Assembly: GCF_018350175.1 (NCBI RefSeq)
Contig: NC_058368.1
Location: forward strand, 211,608,001 to 211,672,000
DNA: 64,000 nt
Source: Felis catus
Lineage: Eukaryota
Reading direction: 5' to 3'
Below, one piece after another: positions 37,837-51,199 of the stretch (its first letter is position 1; each line of letters begins with the position of its first letter). A model generated the notes under the pieces. It had not been told where the DNA came from, made no database searches, and saw only the letters and a list, made by a program, of their open reading frames with translations. The position numbers were made by a program, and so were the translations under genes.

Positions 37837-38485
37837 GAAAATGCCATGAATCAAATAGCTTTCCTAGATGTTAAGGGACCATGGATTCAGCATGAAGGAA
37901 AATTAGAAACCATTTAGTCCCACATCCCACAGCAAGAGGTAAGTCCTTTCTAGGGCATTATTGACATGTGAGCAGCCGGCTTGCATTTGAATCTCCCAGG
38001 GGCACTAACCTACCCTGGAGCCCATTCATTCTGGTTTCAGATGGCTATGTTTGTTTTTCATGATCCTGCATAATTTACTTCTTTGAAGCCTTCATCTGAA
38101 TAAGCCCTCAGGAAAATTTAGCTGTTACTATTGTTATTGTCATTGGCTTTTTTACTTCATGAAAAACACCTAAAGGTTATCAAGATTTTTATTCCTTCTC
38201 AAGGCTAATTTCTTTGATTGCTTAAACCCATGAATTAGTTCCCAGATCCCTTAAAGTCTTGGCTTCTCTCTTTCTCCCTCTGGCTCTCGCTCTCTCTCTC
38301 TTTCTCTCCACGTGATTCACCAGCCACCAGGACAGTGACCATGCTTCTTGTGATCTACTCTCTTTGACATTTCCTGGCTCGATTCATTCCAAAGAAAGGG
38401 CTCTTTCATCTCTCTGCTCTGTGCTGATCAGAGACAAATGCCTAAAGCAGAAGGCTAAGGTTGTGATTGGTTGACATGGGTGAAA

Positions 38486-38488
<3 letters not shown>

Positions 38489-38524
<36 letters not shown>
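38489..38524. repeat. (TA)n microsatellite
   Basis: Direct reading. Confidence 0.95.
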
Positions 38525-38526
<2 letters not shown>

Positions 38527-39474
38527 TACATAGAGAGGAATTCAATCCCTGGTAGCAGCTATTTGCTGAAGGAGAACTGGGTAGGGAAAGTGATTTTAAA
38601 TAAGTGATCAAGGACATAGCAAACTCAAATTCAGAAAGAATCTGATAATATTAAATAGAAATTACTTATTTACAGATTGCTGTTTGTTCACTGAAAACTA
38701 AAACAAAAAAAATCTTCATTTCTTGGAAGCAAAGTCATTTCTAGCTCAAATAAACTGAATTGTAAAAGAATAAGAGACACATGGGAGATTAAAAATAGTG
38801 TGTTTTTCACTGCAAATACTAGATTTTTAAGTTGTTCTTGCATGGTCTGGGGGAAAAGCACAGCAGAACCAGATTCTTCTTTCTTGATGCAGACAAAAAA
38901 TGAAAGTAACAAGAAAGTAGAAAGCCCTCCTAAGCTTGATTAAATTATCAACAGTAAAGGAATAATTTCTGAATCATACTGATACCTGCCCTATGTTAAG
39001 CAACACATGTAAAGGACGTTCCAGCTAGTAACCTATCATTGCATGACTTAGCTTTCAAGTTATTTTCTTAATATTGGTGATGAGTTTGTGCTGAGTGATC
39101 CCCATTCTCTTCTCCTGTTCCTCTTGTTCTCAGTAGTACGTATTTGCCAAAAGGCTCCCTAGGGAGAGGTCTGTTACAACTGCTACACAACAACTGAGAT
39201 CTGGATTGCTAGTCGAGTAGAAGATGCTGGTCGCGTCAAAAAGACAATGCTAAACTTGGGTTGGTGTCAGGGGCGGAAGGAAGAGAAGGTATAAGCTGGA
39301 GAAAGCTGCCCACTCCAAACGAGTCAGCCCCGGGAAACCGCTATTTATTAACAGGGCTCTTTATTCCAGGTGCAAAGATCGGTTTTACCTGGTGCTCCTA
39401 GATGAGCAATCACCAGGGTCTATAGTCATGCTTGAAATTCAGGAACACAGTCCATGGGAGGCAAGGGGGCAAAC

Positions 39475-40430
39475 TGTTGCAGCAGACATTGTTGGTTTCC
39501 ATTTATCCCCTTCCTTTTTCTTCACAGGACCCTGATTTTGTGCGGGTGTCTTCCTTTTGCAAAAGCAACCCTGTGCTCCCAGGAAGGCTGGCCCCAGTCT
39601 CGGGGTGTGAACTGTGATCAGCTCAAGTCAGTCATGGCAGTCTCTTTCTCTTGCAGGTGAGCACTGGCCTCTATGGCCAGTGAGGAAAGAAAGAGACACC
39701 TACATTGGGTTCTTTTGGAAAGGATTGTACAGGATTGTACAGGGAGAGACAATTTGTTGTTCTACTAGGCATTATCACATCTGGATGTGATGCCCGGAAC
39801 TGCAACAGTCACTTTACAACATGAGGGGGGCTGCCCGAGGATGAAACCCACATGTTGAGCATAACTGAGCTGACAGCACAACCCTGGGGGTCTGAGGTTA
39901 GAACTGAAACACTGAATTCACCAACCACGGAGCTACCTGTTAGGGAGTGAGGGGTCTCCAAAATTTGTATGATGATGTCTTAATCCCCCGTACCTTTCAA
40001 TATGATTACACTGGGAGTTACGGCCTTTCAAGAGGTAACTAAGGTCAGATTAGTCATATGAGTGGGCCCTAATTCAATCTGACTAGTGTCTTTGTGAGAA
40101 GAGGAGATTAGGACATATGGAAAGAAACACCAGGAATGCATGCACAAATAGAAGGCACTCATGTGCAACCCAAAGAGAGAGCCCTCAAAGCAAACCATAC
40201 CATCGACACCTTTGAGCTCAGACTTCCAGCCTTCAGGACTGTGAGAAAGAAAATATCTGTTATTTAAACCACCTAGTCTGTGGTGCTTTGTAACTGCCGT
40301 GGTCTTTGTAAGCTAATACACTGCCCTGCCTTTGGCCTTCTTGACGTGTAAGGCTGTACGATTTTTTTTCTGTTTGTTTGTTTAAGTCACTTGACTGGGG
40401 TTTCCTGTCCTAACAGAGTTGTTAAAAACA
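39475..40430 (+). mobile_element. Old MLT1-family LTR hosting a younger MLT1 LTR
   Basis: 'ggatgtgatgcccggaactgcaacagtcactttacaacatgaggg' before the insert; the LTR resumes after 40321. Confidence 0.6.
39938..40320 (+). mobile_element. MaLR solo LTR (MLT1A/B-like)
   Basis: TG...CA termini, 5-bp TSD ctacc/ctgcc, 'gtgggccctaattcaatctgactagtgtc'. Confidence 0.85.
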
Positions 40431-42756
40431 CACAAGAAAGGTACTGTAGCCGTATTTTTCTATTGAGAGTGAAAGCAAGTCTAAAGATAGGAGATGTAGC
40501 CATAACATTTAACACTGAGGACCAGAACACCATAGAGGATCATCCTGTTGACTGTCATAAACGCAAGGAGTAGCAGGTCATTTTTTTTTTTACTTTTTTT
40601 TTTTTTTTCAAATGCCAGGGTAGGGCTTTTTTTCACTTATTTTTGAATGCCAGGGTAGGGCTTTGGTCTCTGTTCTCCCAGCCTTCCCATAACTGGACAT
40701 GGTGATGGGGCCTCATGAGGATATGGTTAGTGGTCAAGGGACAGAATGAAGCTGAATGTCCATGTGGGGGTGTAGACTGATGATTATGACCTCAGCTAAC
40801 CAATCAAATTAACTAGCAACAGATGAAAAACAAATTTTGACCAGCTTCAGGGAATGAGAATTTATAAAGTCCTAGGTAGTAGTTAGAATAGGACGGCATA
40901 AAACTACTCCATTTTATGAGTCTCCCCCTACTAATTTAGGCTACCCCAAATTCTAACTTCAAAGCAGAAAGTTGGGCAACCACTGGATAAAGACAGATCA
41001 ACTGCCAGCATATAAGTATTATATAGTTTATATATACTCAAGCCTAGCTCTGAGCTATGAAATAAGAAACGTCTCTTTCATGACTAATGCAGTTACATTT
41101 GTCGGACCAACTATATTTTTCTAGATAATAGTTGTCAGGTTGACCATAGCCACATTATTTCAAGCTTTCAATCCTTTGATTCAAATAGCTCCTCTTTGGT
41201 CTTCCTGCCTCCAGAACATTCCCTTCTAACCCATTCTGCTCCCTGGTGAAGCTTCCTAACATCACTTTCATTAATTTCTTCCCTCACCTCCAAAACATTC
41301 ATGTGACTCTAAAACAATTGAAAACAACCTTTAAAGTATCTGCCTGGGCTATAGTCCTATATCCCTTCTCCGAGAGTTCCTTTGTCCCGGAGATGAGTCC
41401 CAGAAGTTATGATAATTCCATATGGCATCAATTCTTTCATTGTACCAGGAGTGGGCACACAGATTCTCCTTCACAGAAATTTGGGATCGGAAGTCAAAGA
41501 TGCTGGTAGCTTCTGATGGTCAACTTAGAACTAAGGAGCTATAAATGTGTAAGTTATGGGGTGGATTGTCTTATATATTCACGGGGAACAAAAAAATCTG
41601 TTTTGCAGAGGGGAAAGGATGAGAAAGATATGCAGAGAGAAGCTGAGGTGAGAAAGGACATGACTGGAATGGGGTTGAGGGATCCAAACTAGGAAGCCTG
41701 TGGCACTAGCTCCTGAGAGCTTTTAATTCCTGGTTCCAGGCCTTGCAGAGACCCAGTTTTCCACTTTGCTGTAGAGTTCCTCCAGGTCTCTTTGCTTTTA
41801 GGTTAACTCACTCCATTTGGCTTACACTACTTTTAGTAGCTTTCTGTTATTTGTATCCAAAACCATTTCAGCCTAGATAAAGGTAAAGTCCAAGCTTTTG
41901 GCTTGATATTCAACACTATCCACAGGTTAGCCATCATATGTGGTTTTCATCTTTATCTCCCTCTGCTGCCCTGCATGGAACTTCATTCACATCCATCTCC
42001 TTTCTTTCCTCCTCTCACACCTTATACATTTCTGGCTCGTTCCTTGTTTCCCATTGTTTCTTCTACCTAAAATACTGTCCTTCTTCTTGGCCGACCTGGA
42101 CCCTATGCATTTTTAAGGTCAACTCAAGTTTGCCCTTTGATAGAAATTCTTCTACAAGCTTCCCCACTCTCAGCAATTTCTCCTTCTTTTCAACTTCCAT
42201 AGTGCTTGTTGTTTCTGTTTTTGGGCAACAATAGCTTATGAAAAATGGAGAAAAATATGCTGAAACACTCTGATGACAGAAACTCTAGCATTTGAGTTTG
42301 GAAATAATATGGGAGACCAAGGACTGTATCCCTGGATGTCAGAACAGGAGAGTGGTAGCAAAAATATGTTTAAATATTACCATTAATCAAGTAATATCCA
42401 ATCTGTTGGAGAACATGAAATGTGCCTGTTCATATGACTTTGTTTAGCTTAATCAACAATACCTACATTGAGTGTGATGAAACAACTTGAGGAGAAGAGC
42501 TAGGGATGGACAAACAAGCGGATATGAAGGAGAAGATGGACACTGAAGTATTGGAGAAGATGGAGATTGTAGGGATAGGAGTTGATAGAGCAGGGAGGAA
42601 AGAAAAGAAATGAGGAGATAGAGCAGGTCTTTCTGCCTCCTCTTTGACTTTCAGGTAAAATGAACTTTAACCCTGACTCTGTCACTAGCTCCTCTCTCAG
42701 AAACGGAGGAGGAAGAGAAATTAAGAAGGGGGAGTAAATAAAGAACAGTAGGATGA

Positions 42757-42981
42757 GGGGCACCTGGGTGGCTCAGTTGGTTAAGTGTCCGACTTTCAGC
42801 TTAGGTCATGATCTCTTGGTTCATGAGTTCAAGCCCCACATCAGGCTCTGGACTGACAGCTCAGAGCCTGGGACCTGCTTCTGATTCTGTGTCTCCTTCT
42901 CTCTCTACCCCTCCCCTGTTTGCACTCTGTCTCTCTCTGTCTCTCAAAAAATGAATAAACATTAAAAAAAGAAAGAAAGAG
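42757..42981 (+). mobile_element. SINEC
   Basis: TSD aacagtagg(a/t)tga. Confidence 0.94.
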
Positions 42982-43964
42982 AAAACAGTAGGTTGACAAG
43001 GAGGGCAAGAATCACTGCATCCCCCAGGAAAGGTAGATTTAGAATCCCTACCTTCCAGCCCAGTTGGGATATTCTAGTCTTTATGACAAGAATTAACCTG
43101 TAGTGACAGATTAGTATTTTTAATAATGAACATGTGAATTCTCTTAGCCCTGCCTACTCAACGACATTCACTCAAAAAATATTTATTTCACTCTTTATCA
43201 TCAGATGATTTGTTAATGTATGGAGTAATCACACTCATCTCTCATTGTATATTACAGAAACCACAACCCCCATCTGAAAACTCTGGCAGTAAACAGCATT
43301 TAGCCATAGCCACGTGGATAAGGCTGCCTTTTTGAGTCACCATTGACCTTTTGTCCATGAGAGCTTCCCCACTCCTGTCTGCCTTTGCGGTTTTCCAAGG
43401 CTGATGCTCCATGATTGGTAGCTGGGTTGGGTCCTTTTTTCTCTCAGTACCGGCTCCCCAAGTTGTTTAAGATAACAAACTACATGAGCTTACTTAGATA
43501 TATCTCCTGGTTGCCATCTAGAGACAGCCCTGTAGAGTTTGAAGCCCAGAACATATCACACTTGGTGTCTCTGAGCTCTCCTTTGACATCTTTATTCAGT
43601 TGTATCAGAATATCCAAGGCTATTTGGAGGGGAAAAGATGTTACATACTGATTTCAGTCCTGTTCGTGGAAAATTGAAAATATCATTGCATTACATTTAT
43701 TTCTCCAGCCTAAATCCATATGGAGACCAACTCTGTATCGAGTATTGACCTTGAATAACCCATAGCCTACTGGAAAAACAACCCGGAGAATTTATAAATC
43801 ATATAGAATAATACTAACTTCTTTGTTTTTAGAAACACTTATACAAATAGTAAGCTACATTCTCTATCAGCTCCCCATTTCCTACTCCCCATATTTCCCC
43901 TAATTCTCTTACTTCATTGTTTCTTGGATATGGCATTAACTAGTGTAAAGGTAGGCACATTGGC

Positions 43965-44014
43965 TGTGTGTGTGTGTGTGTGTGTGTGTGCGCGAGTGTG
44001 TGTGTGCACGTGTG
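43965..44014. repeat. (TG)n microsatellite with CG interruptions
   Basis: Direct reading. Confidence 0.93.
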
Positions 44015-45399
44015 TTAATGTAAGAGAGAAGCGCTCTCATTTAATGGTTCATTTTTAAGAAAGTAAAACCTATCTCTTACCACAAAGCCATGCTGCTAGA
44101 TTCTGCTCCATTTAACCCCTTTTAATTCCAGCCAAACATAATAAGACTGTTTCTTAGCCTTTCTTCTCTCACCTGAGAAATTAGCATGTGCTGACTGAGT
44201 CTGTCATTTGGAAGGTGTCTTTCATTCAGGATGCATCTCTACTTCTGGAATGAGTAAAGAGCTTTTCCAAGGTTTGCACATATCATTAGGCTCCATCAGG
44301 ATGCATTGGAAGCAGTTCGGCCTTCCCTGACTCCTGGCAGAGTCATTTTTTCCTTAAGCGGACACATCAATGAACTGTTTTTACCCCACCTTCCATCAGG
44401 GCCATGGCACCCTAGGGGGTACAAAGTGTCACCTTGAAGAAGTAGGAGCTCTGGGTGTTTCTTTGTATTTTCAATTTTGTAGCCTTGGGATGCTGGAAAA
44501 GTTAGGCATCATTCCTCAAGTCATACCAAATTTGGTATGATGTTCCAGGACTTTAAGATCCTTTAATTGGAGGATTTTAACCCCCAGTTCATCTGATTGT
44601 GTTTCTATGATTCACTGTCCAAATCCAAGCCACAGTTCTGTGATGAAATAAGAAACAATTTCTTTCCTGAGACTCAAACCACAGATATGACTGAAAGGTT
44701 CATGGCAAGGGCAATTCCATCCTGTCACACGTCAATCAGCTCAGCTTGGAACTACAGAGCAGGAAATTTTAGGTTCAAAGAGGTATTGGCACAGGGTCTA
44801 ACACACACGAGCTCTTTGGCAGATATTTGTTAATTGATTAATACAGTCTCAACACCAGATGCTACCTTTTAAGAGCCTCATTTTCCTCCCTGTAGATATT
44901 GGTGAATCCATGTTTTATACAAAAAAAAATTGTCAATTACAGAGTAACATCAGTGATTTGACAAATAAAGCAAACCCTCTCTCCCTGCCTGACTATATAA
45001 TTTGTGGAACCAGTACAAAATGAAAATGCAGGAGCCCTTGTGCAAAAATTATTAAGAATTCCCAATGGGAACCATAAAGCATTAAACCAAACGTGAGGCT
45101 CCTTCAAAGTACAGATTGGACCCTGGGAAGCTGGCACAAGCCCCGCATTTGATTAACATCCACGAGTGCCTACAGTTAGCCCCCACAGGGCCTCTCTTTG
45201 TCATGCACATCACCTTCTACCATTCTCACCGCAACCAGGAACCTCTGAGAGGTTTCTTAACTTGCTCAAGATCATATACAAGAGCCTGTGTACCATGCCA
45301 GTTTTTTTCCCACTAGACAGAATGTAAGTCAGTTCTGAACAATAATTTCACATACATGGTCTTGTATAATCTTCCCTCGTCTAGTTATGTGGATAATGA

Positions 45400-46115
45400 T
45401 CATTAACATGAACTGAGAACTTACAGTGTGTCAGGCGATGTCCTAGTTGTTTTACGTGTATTTACTCATTTAATGCCCAACAGTGCATTCATGCTGCTTT
45501 TTTGGTCAGGTTTTGAGAGAAAATGGAAAGCACAACTCAAAAGATTAACTGAAGAGATTTCAATGAAGGGACTACCTCATTAAAGGTATAGATAGGATTA
45601 AGGGGATCTTTAAAGATGTGGATACACCTGGAACCCGCAAGAACAGGAAACTGTTAATGTCCCAGGCTGGAGGGAACAAGGAGAAAGGACAAGGTCACCA
45701 GAATGGGGTGACATCTTTAGCCGTGAGAGACAGGCTACCTATTAGGTGCTGTGGCCATGGTCAAGGAAGACAGCCTCTGCCCACAACCTGGTAAGGAGGG
45801 ATAGCATGGAGGACAGATACTCCAACCCCCTTACTTGCTGTCTTCAAATCTCCTTCCCAGGGCCTCCCTATGGCCTAACAGAAGGGAGCCTACGGGCTGA
45901 AGTCTCTAGGGATCAGCCTCCCAAGACGCAGAGCAGATAGAGAATGCAAAGGCTACTGGAGAAAAAAAAAGAGTATTTATCCCCATTTTACAGATGGTGA
46001 ACGGAGACAGAGAGGCTAAATAACTTGCTCCAAATCACACAGGTAATAAGTAACAAAGCCAGGATTCAAATACAGTAGGTCTCAGCGCAGACCCGAAGCA
46101 CTCAACACTATGTTC
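45400..46115. mobile_element. MIR split by an old ERVL-type LTR fossil (~45500-45960)
   Basis: MIR halves 'tatttactcatttaatgccca' and 'ccccattttacagatggtgaacggagacagagaggctaaataacttgc'; the insert resembles the one at 51200-51610. Confidence 0.55.
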
Positions 46116-46489
46116 TGGAACATGTCCTCAAATGGTATAGAAGCCTAGCTTGGGGCCATAAATGATCTGCTACCAAACTTGTGAATTTGGAATAGAATCA
46201 AGGAAAGCCAGCCTGAACAAATGAAACTAAATTTTAATAGTTTCAAATGTGTGTAATTAGATTACCTTCAAGATGTAGAATTATCAGAACTAAGCCTGCA
46301 AAGCATTCCCTGGGAAATGGTCTCCGGGGGTTTGGTTTTAAGAAGGGAGGTGAGGAGTTTGAAGCTAGCTACATTAATTTCAAAGCAAATGAATAATCCT
46401 GAAACAGAGTCAAAAGCACTTGAAAAGTTCAATTTCTTAAGTAGGGTACATATTCTTTCCCCAGTTATGTTCTTTGTAGCTTGCTTAGA

Positions 46490-46790
46490 TCATGCATTAA
46501 TGCAGTGAGTATGTATCCTATGCGGCAGGTGTTGTTCGAGGTGCTGGGATATGGCTATGGACACAATAGATCAAATCTCTACTCTGAAGGCACTTAAGCT
46601 CCAGTGGCAGGAGACAGACAATAAACAAATAATGAGTAAATACATGACAGTGCTACGAGGAAAAGTAAACAGAGTCAGGATAGAAAGTGACGGGGGAGGG
46701 AGGGAGACACTATTTGATATAGAATTATCACGAAAGCTCTGTCTGACAAGAAGACATTTAAGCGGAGAACTGAAGACAATCTCTGTGACT
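46490..46790 (-). mobile_element. L2 fragment
   Basis: 'ggtgctgggatatggctatggacacaatagatcaaatctctactctgaagg...gagacagacaataaacaa'. Confidence 0.65.
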
Positions 46791-46992
46791 TTGGTGGTGC
46801 AGTTGTGAACTTTGGTCCAGTTATACCAGAGAGAAGTTCAGCTCTGGAAGGGACCACAGAAAGGCTCATATTATATAAATAAAGAAATTGGTTCCCCGGG
46901 GAGGTGAAGCCCTTTGTTTAGGCCCATACTGTAAATAATTATCAATGAAGCTTATGCTAAAAATTACATATTACATATTGGGATACACTATT

Positions 46993-47170
46993 GGGGTGCC
47001 TGGGTGGCTCATTCGGTTAAGCATCTGACCTCAGCTTAGGTCACGATCTCATAGTTCGTGGGTTCGAGACCAATAACTGGCTCTGTGCTGTCAGTGCAGG
47101 GCCTGCTTTGGATCCTCTGCCCCCCTCATTCTGCCCTCCTCCCCTCAAAAATAAATAAACATTTTAAAAA
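46993..47170 (+). mobile_element. SINEC
   Basis: Head plus A-tail. Confidence 0.9.
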
Positions 47171-47394
47171 GCCCAAATATTATTGAGCCCCCATATGTGC
47201 CAGACACCCAGGCTCACGCTTTTTGCACGAGATCTTATTTTGCTGATTCAGAATCAATTTCAAATATATGAGTTTTTATTGTGATTTGAGTTTTATCTTC
47301 CTCGATGCATGGGCTCCCTTTGTGTGATATGTCCAGATGCCCTGGAAGAGAAATGAAGTCCTAGCGGTTGTGGCTGGCAGAATGTCTCTTACGG

Positions 47395-47496
47395 GTACTT
47401 CAGATTCTGCGTCTCACTCTGTTTCAGCCCCTCCCCCCAATCGCACTTTGTTTCTCTCTCAAAATTATATAAACATTAAAAATTTTTTTAAAAAAA
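47395..47496 (+). mobile_element. 5'-truncated SINEC
   Basis: 3' half only; TSD agaatgtctcttacg / agaatgtgacttatg. Confidence 0.75.
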
Positions 47497-47529
47497 GAAT
47501 GTGACTTATGAATTGCATTCTACCCCATC

Positions 47530-47755
47530 TTTTTTTTTTTTTAATTTTTTTTAACATTTATTTATTTTTGAGACAGAGAGAGACACAGCATGAACGGGGG
47601 AGGGGCAGAGAGAGAGGGAGACACAGAATCGGAAGCAGGCTCCAGGCTCTGAGCCATCAGCCCAGAGCCCGACGCGGGGCTCGAACTCCCGGACCGCGAG
47701 ATCGTGACCTGAGCTGAAGCCGGACGCTTAACCGACTGAGCCACCCAGGCGCCCC
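47530..47755 (-). mobile_element. Young CpG-rich SINEC
   Basis: Perfect TSD taccccatctttt 47521-47533 / 47756-47768. Confidence 0.96.
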
Positions 47756-48309
47756 TACCCCATCTTTTAATAAATCAAAGATTTATTTTCTTTTTTGTAA
47801 TTTGAAAATTAGACTCTGGGGCTCGAGTGAGCTGGCTAAAAATCATACTCTCTCCTTCATATTTCTTATCTATATTTCTAAAAAATGCTTAACAGCGGAG
47901 TCATTGTCCTCGTATGGACAGCTGGACAAAGGGAGAAGAGTTTAGGTAGGAAGACAGCCAGGACGTTCAAGCCCAAATCAGAGGCTGAAGTTGGAGCCTC
48001 AAGGGGCAAGCAGTGCTGGGATGTGACACAAGATACTCCCAGGCGATATACCAAATGCAGGGTACAAACACATGAACAGGGTCAGTGGCCAGAGTGAGGG
48101 GACGGAGATCTGGACAGCGCCTGGGGGAGGCGGCTGCAGGCAAGAAGGGAGACAAAAGGTTTAGCCAGCCCAGGTGTCAGGGACCAGAGCAAAAGCGAGA
48201 GTCTCATGTGAAAGGTGATTCCCATAGTTGTACTTCTCCAAAAGCTCTTTCAAGGCCCAGACTCTACTTCTTGCAGGGTTGGCAATTATTTTTAATATAA
48301 ACTCATTTT

Positions 48310-48530
48310 AGTTAATTAATTAATGTAAATTTTTAATGTTTATTTTTGAAAGAGAGAGAGAGAGCGCGCGCACTAGAGAGGGTGGAGAAGAGAGAAAAGG
48401 GGACAGAGAATCTGAAGCAACTCCATGCTGACAGCAGAGAGCCCGAAGTGGGGTTTGAACTTATGAACTGTGAGATCATGACCTGAGGCCGAAGTCAGAC
48501 ATTTAACTGACTGAGTCACCTAGGCGCCCA
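48310..48530 (-). mobile_element. SINEC
   Basis: TSD aactcatttta. Confidence 0.9.
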
Positions 48531-49239
48531 GCCCTCAACTCATTTTAAATAGCATCTTAAACTTTAAAAATTCTTCACATATACACGCTATCTTAGTTAA
48601 TCAGTAAGATAATGAATGAGGGTAAGAATTTTATAGATGGGAGAATTGAGGTCTAGACAGGGTGAGAAAAGGACTCAATGTGTGATAATGAGCTGATGGC
48701 AGAGCAGGGACTCAAACTCAGGTCTTCTGACCTCCATCTCTTGTATAGCTTTGACTCAGACTACATGGCTGTGTGATGGGAAGATGGAAAGGAATTAATA
48801 TCAGTGATAAGTCAAGGAACTTTAAAGTTGTGGAACTTGTCCGACCATGGGAATTCCTATTTCTTAAGAAACAGTAATTTGCCCATGTCATTCTCCCTTC
48901 TTCTTCTCTGGGAGGCCAATCACTTTAGTTGCAAAGGAAGATAACGTTGTGTCTTTGGCCCTTAACTTGCAGCATTCAACCTAGTTGAACTTGAAAACTG
49001 CCAAGGATCTACTTTGCCTGGGCTCCATCATGTGAAGTTCCACAATAGTTTTTATGGTCTGAATGTAGATCCCAAAGGAGAATATTCACCACTGACTGCT
49101 CGCTTTGGCTGATTCTATTCTACACACTTTAGGACCTCCCATTTAGTCTTCAATATGACCCTATATAGTAGATGCTATTATTATCTTTAGATAAGGGAAC
49201 CGAGGCACTGGGATGATAAGTAACTTGGTCAAAGTCAGA

Positions 49240-50121
49240 CGGGTCATTACTGCTCCACCCTTAGACCCCCAGCATTCATGGTTCCCACTTATGACAGAAG
49301 CTTCCTACTAGGAGGTCTTGGGACTCTCCCCCTGAGGGTTTTCTCTGGCCATAGGATAGTGCTTGGTCCAGGCACCAGGGCAGGTTGGAAGTTCCAGGGA
49401 ATTAATGCCCATCAGACAGATCTCAATCAATGAAACTGGTGGAGAAATACCCCAGCATCCTTTTCCCTTGAATGGGACATTCTGCAGCATGCTCCATCTA
49501 TATGGTCTCCAAGGTCCCCTCTGGAATTGAGCTTGATTTGATCACAATGTTGAAATCCTCCTTAACACACTTTGTATTTGCTGTCTTCATTCCAGCTATC
49601 ACCCTCTAACTGATGCTTCTTGATATCATCTCCCATGCAAAATATCTGTACTCAAATCTTTGTCTTGGGATCTACTTCTGGAGACTCAAATGAAGACAGT
49701 TAGATCAGCCACCAGATCTGCTGATCCAACCACACAGGATATCATCTGGAGGATTTTGGAATGGCATCATAAAAGCTTAGCTAAGATGCTAGCATGGACA
49801 CTGGTCTCCAAGATGCTATCCAGCACTGTGTCTCTAGTAGGTAGAATACACAGATCCAGGAAATAAAAGTAGTAGTAAGTGGCCCTCTTACCGTCATTCC
49901 TGGTGAACCACTTGGGGAGTTTGTGTCTCCTGATTTTGCAACTTTGGTTTCTACTTAAGATCCTGGTTCCTGAAGTGAGTGGGCAGTGAGGGCAATGTCT
50001 GAACAGAGGAACATAATCAGGGTTTCAGTAAATCTAAAGTTATGTCTGTCACATGGTCATTTTAAACTTCTTGGGCCAGTGGTCCAGCAAGTCAAAAATT
50101 TTTTTAATGTATTTATTCATT

Positions 50122-50164
<43 letters not shown>

Positions 50165-50910
50165 AGCAGAGGGAGAGGGAGACAGAGAATCCCAAGCAGT
50201 CTCTGTGCTGGCAGCACTGAGCCCGATGCAGGGCTCGAACTCATGAACTGTGAGATCATGACCTAAGCCAAAATCAAGAGTCAGACCCTTAACTGACTGA
50301 GTCACTGAGGTGTCCCAGCAAGTCAAAAAATTTAAAAAGTTTTCATACTGGCAGGAATAATTGACCCTGATTATCTCAAGGAACAGGCTTACTTCTGCAT
50401 AGTGGGAACAGGAAGAAATATGTGAAGACCTCAGAGGACATCTGGGGTGCCCCCTCCCTGACCCGATGCATTTGTACTGTGAATGAGGCAATTGCAGCAA
50501 CCACAGCCTAATGAGGACATAGACACTTGGAGGCTAGACCCCTCAGGGATGAAGGTGCAGCTTAGGCACACAGCCTGAACCAGCGGAAAGACTGGCTGAG
50601 GCTCAGGAGAACCCAGAGCAGAGGTAGAGGAACCAGATAATAACAGCAGAATCAGAGCCTTAGGTCTTCACCGCAGTAGAAGATACTGTAGCCTGTCTCA
50701 GTCATATGTCTGTTATAAATGGTTTTTCTTGCAAATTGTGACCAGCCACCTTGAACACTCAGTGACAAGACAGACGCATGAATGGATCTGAGTGATGACA
50801 GGGAGGACTCTAGCAGCTGCTTCTGGTCCTCCACTCACATCTGCTCTATTCCCACTGGTCCCAGGTAGGCAAGCACACCCCCACTCTTGCCCCAGGGGAG
50901 AGTTTCAAGC
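49240..50910 (+). mobile_element. Internally deleted ERV-L provirus fossil (LTR16-like LTR, pol-end/dUTPase remnant, partial 3' LTR)
   Basis: LTR ending ...aagaca ~49699; translated remnants RIHRSRK, PLTVIPGEPLGEF (49884), LKLCLSHGHFKLLGPVVQQVK (50034), FILAGIIDPDYLKE (50342) resemble the ERV-L integrase-end/dUTPase region. Confidence 0.8.
50098..50315 (-). mobile_element. SINEC inside the ERV-L dUTPase remnant
   Basis: TSD ccagcaagtcaaaaa on both sides. Confidence 0.95.
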
Positions 50911-51199
50911 AATTACAGACTTTAGACTGCATCTTAAAGTTGTAAATTAAAGAGTTTTGGTCAACAACAAGGAATAACAACAATAACAACAGAACGCTCT
51001 GAATGGACAATGGCCTGGGAAGAGGTTTGCTCTTTTCTTACAGCAGGAGGCAGTCGCCAGTGAGTCACTACCTCCAGAATCTGAGCTCTGTGGCCTGGAG
51101 CACTGAGAACTGGCCAGCCTGATCTGTGGAGGTGGCCTGCTAGGGTGTGAAAGTACAAAGCAGCAATCGTGGGTCTATCACTGGGTCATGTCCCATCTT

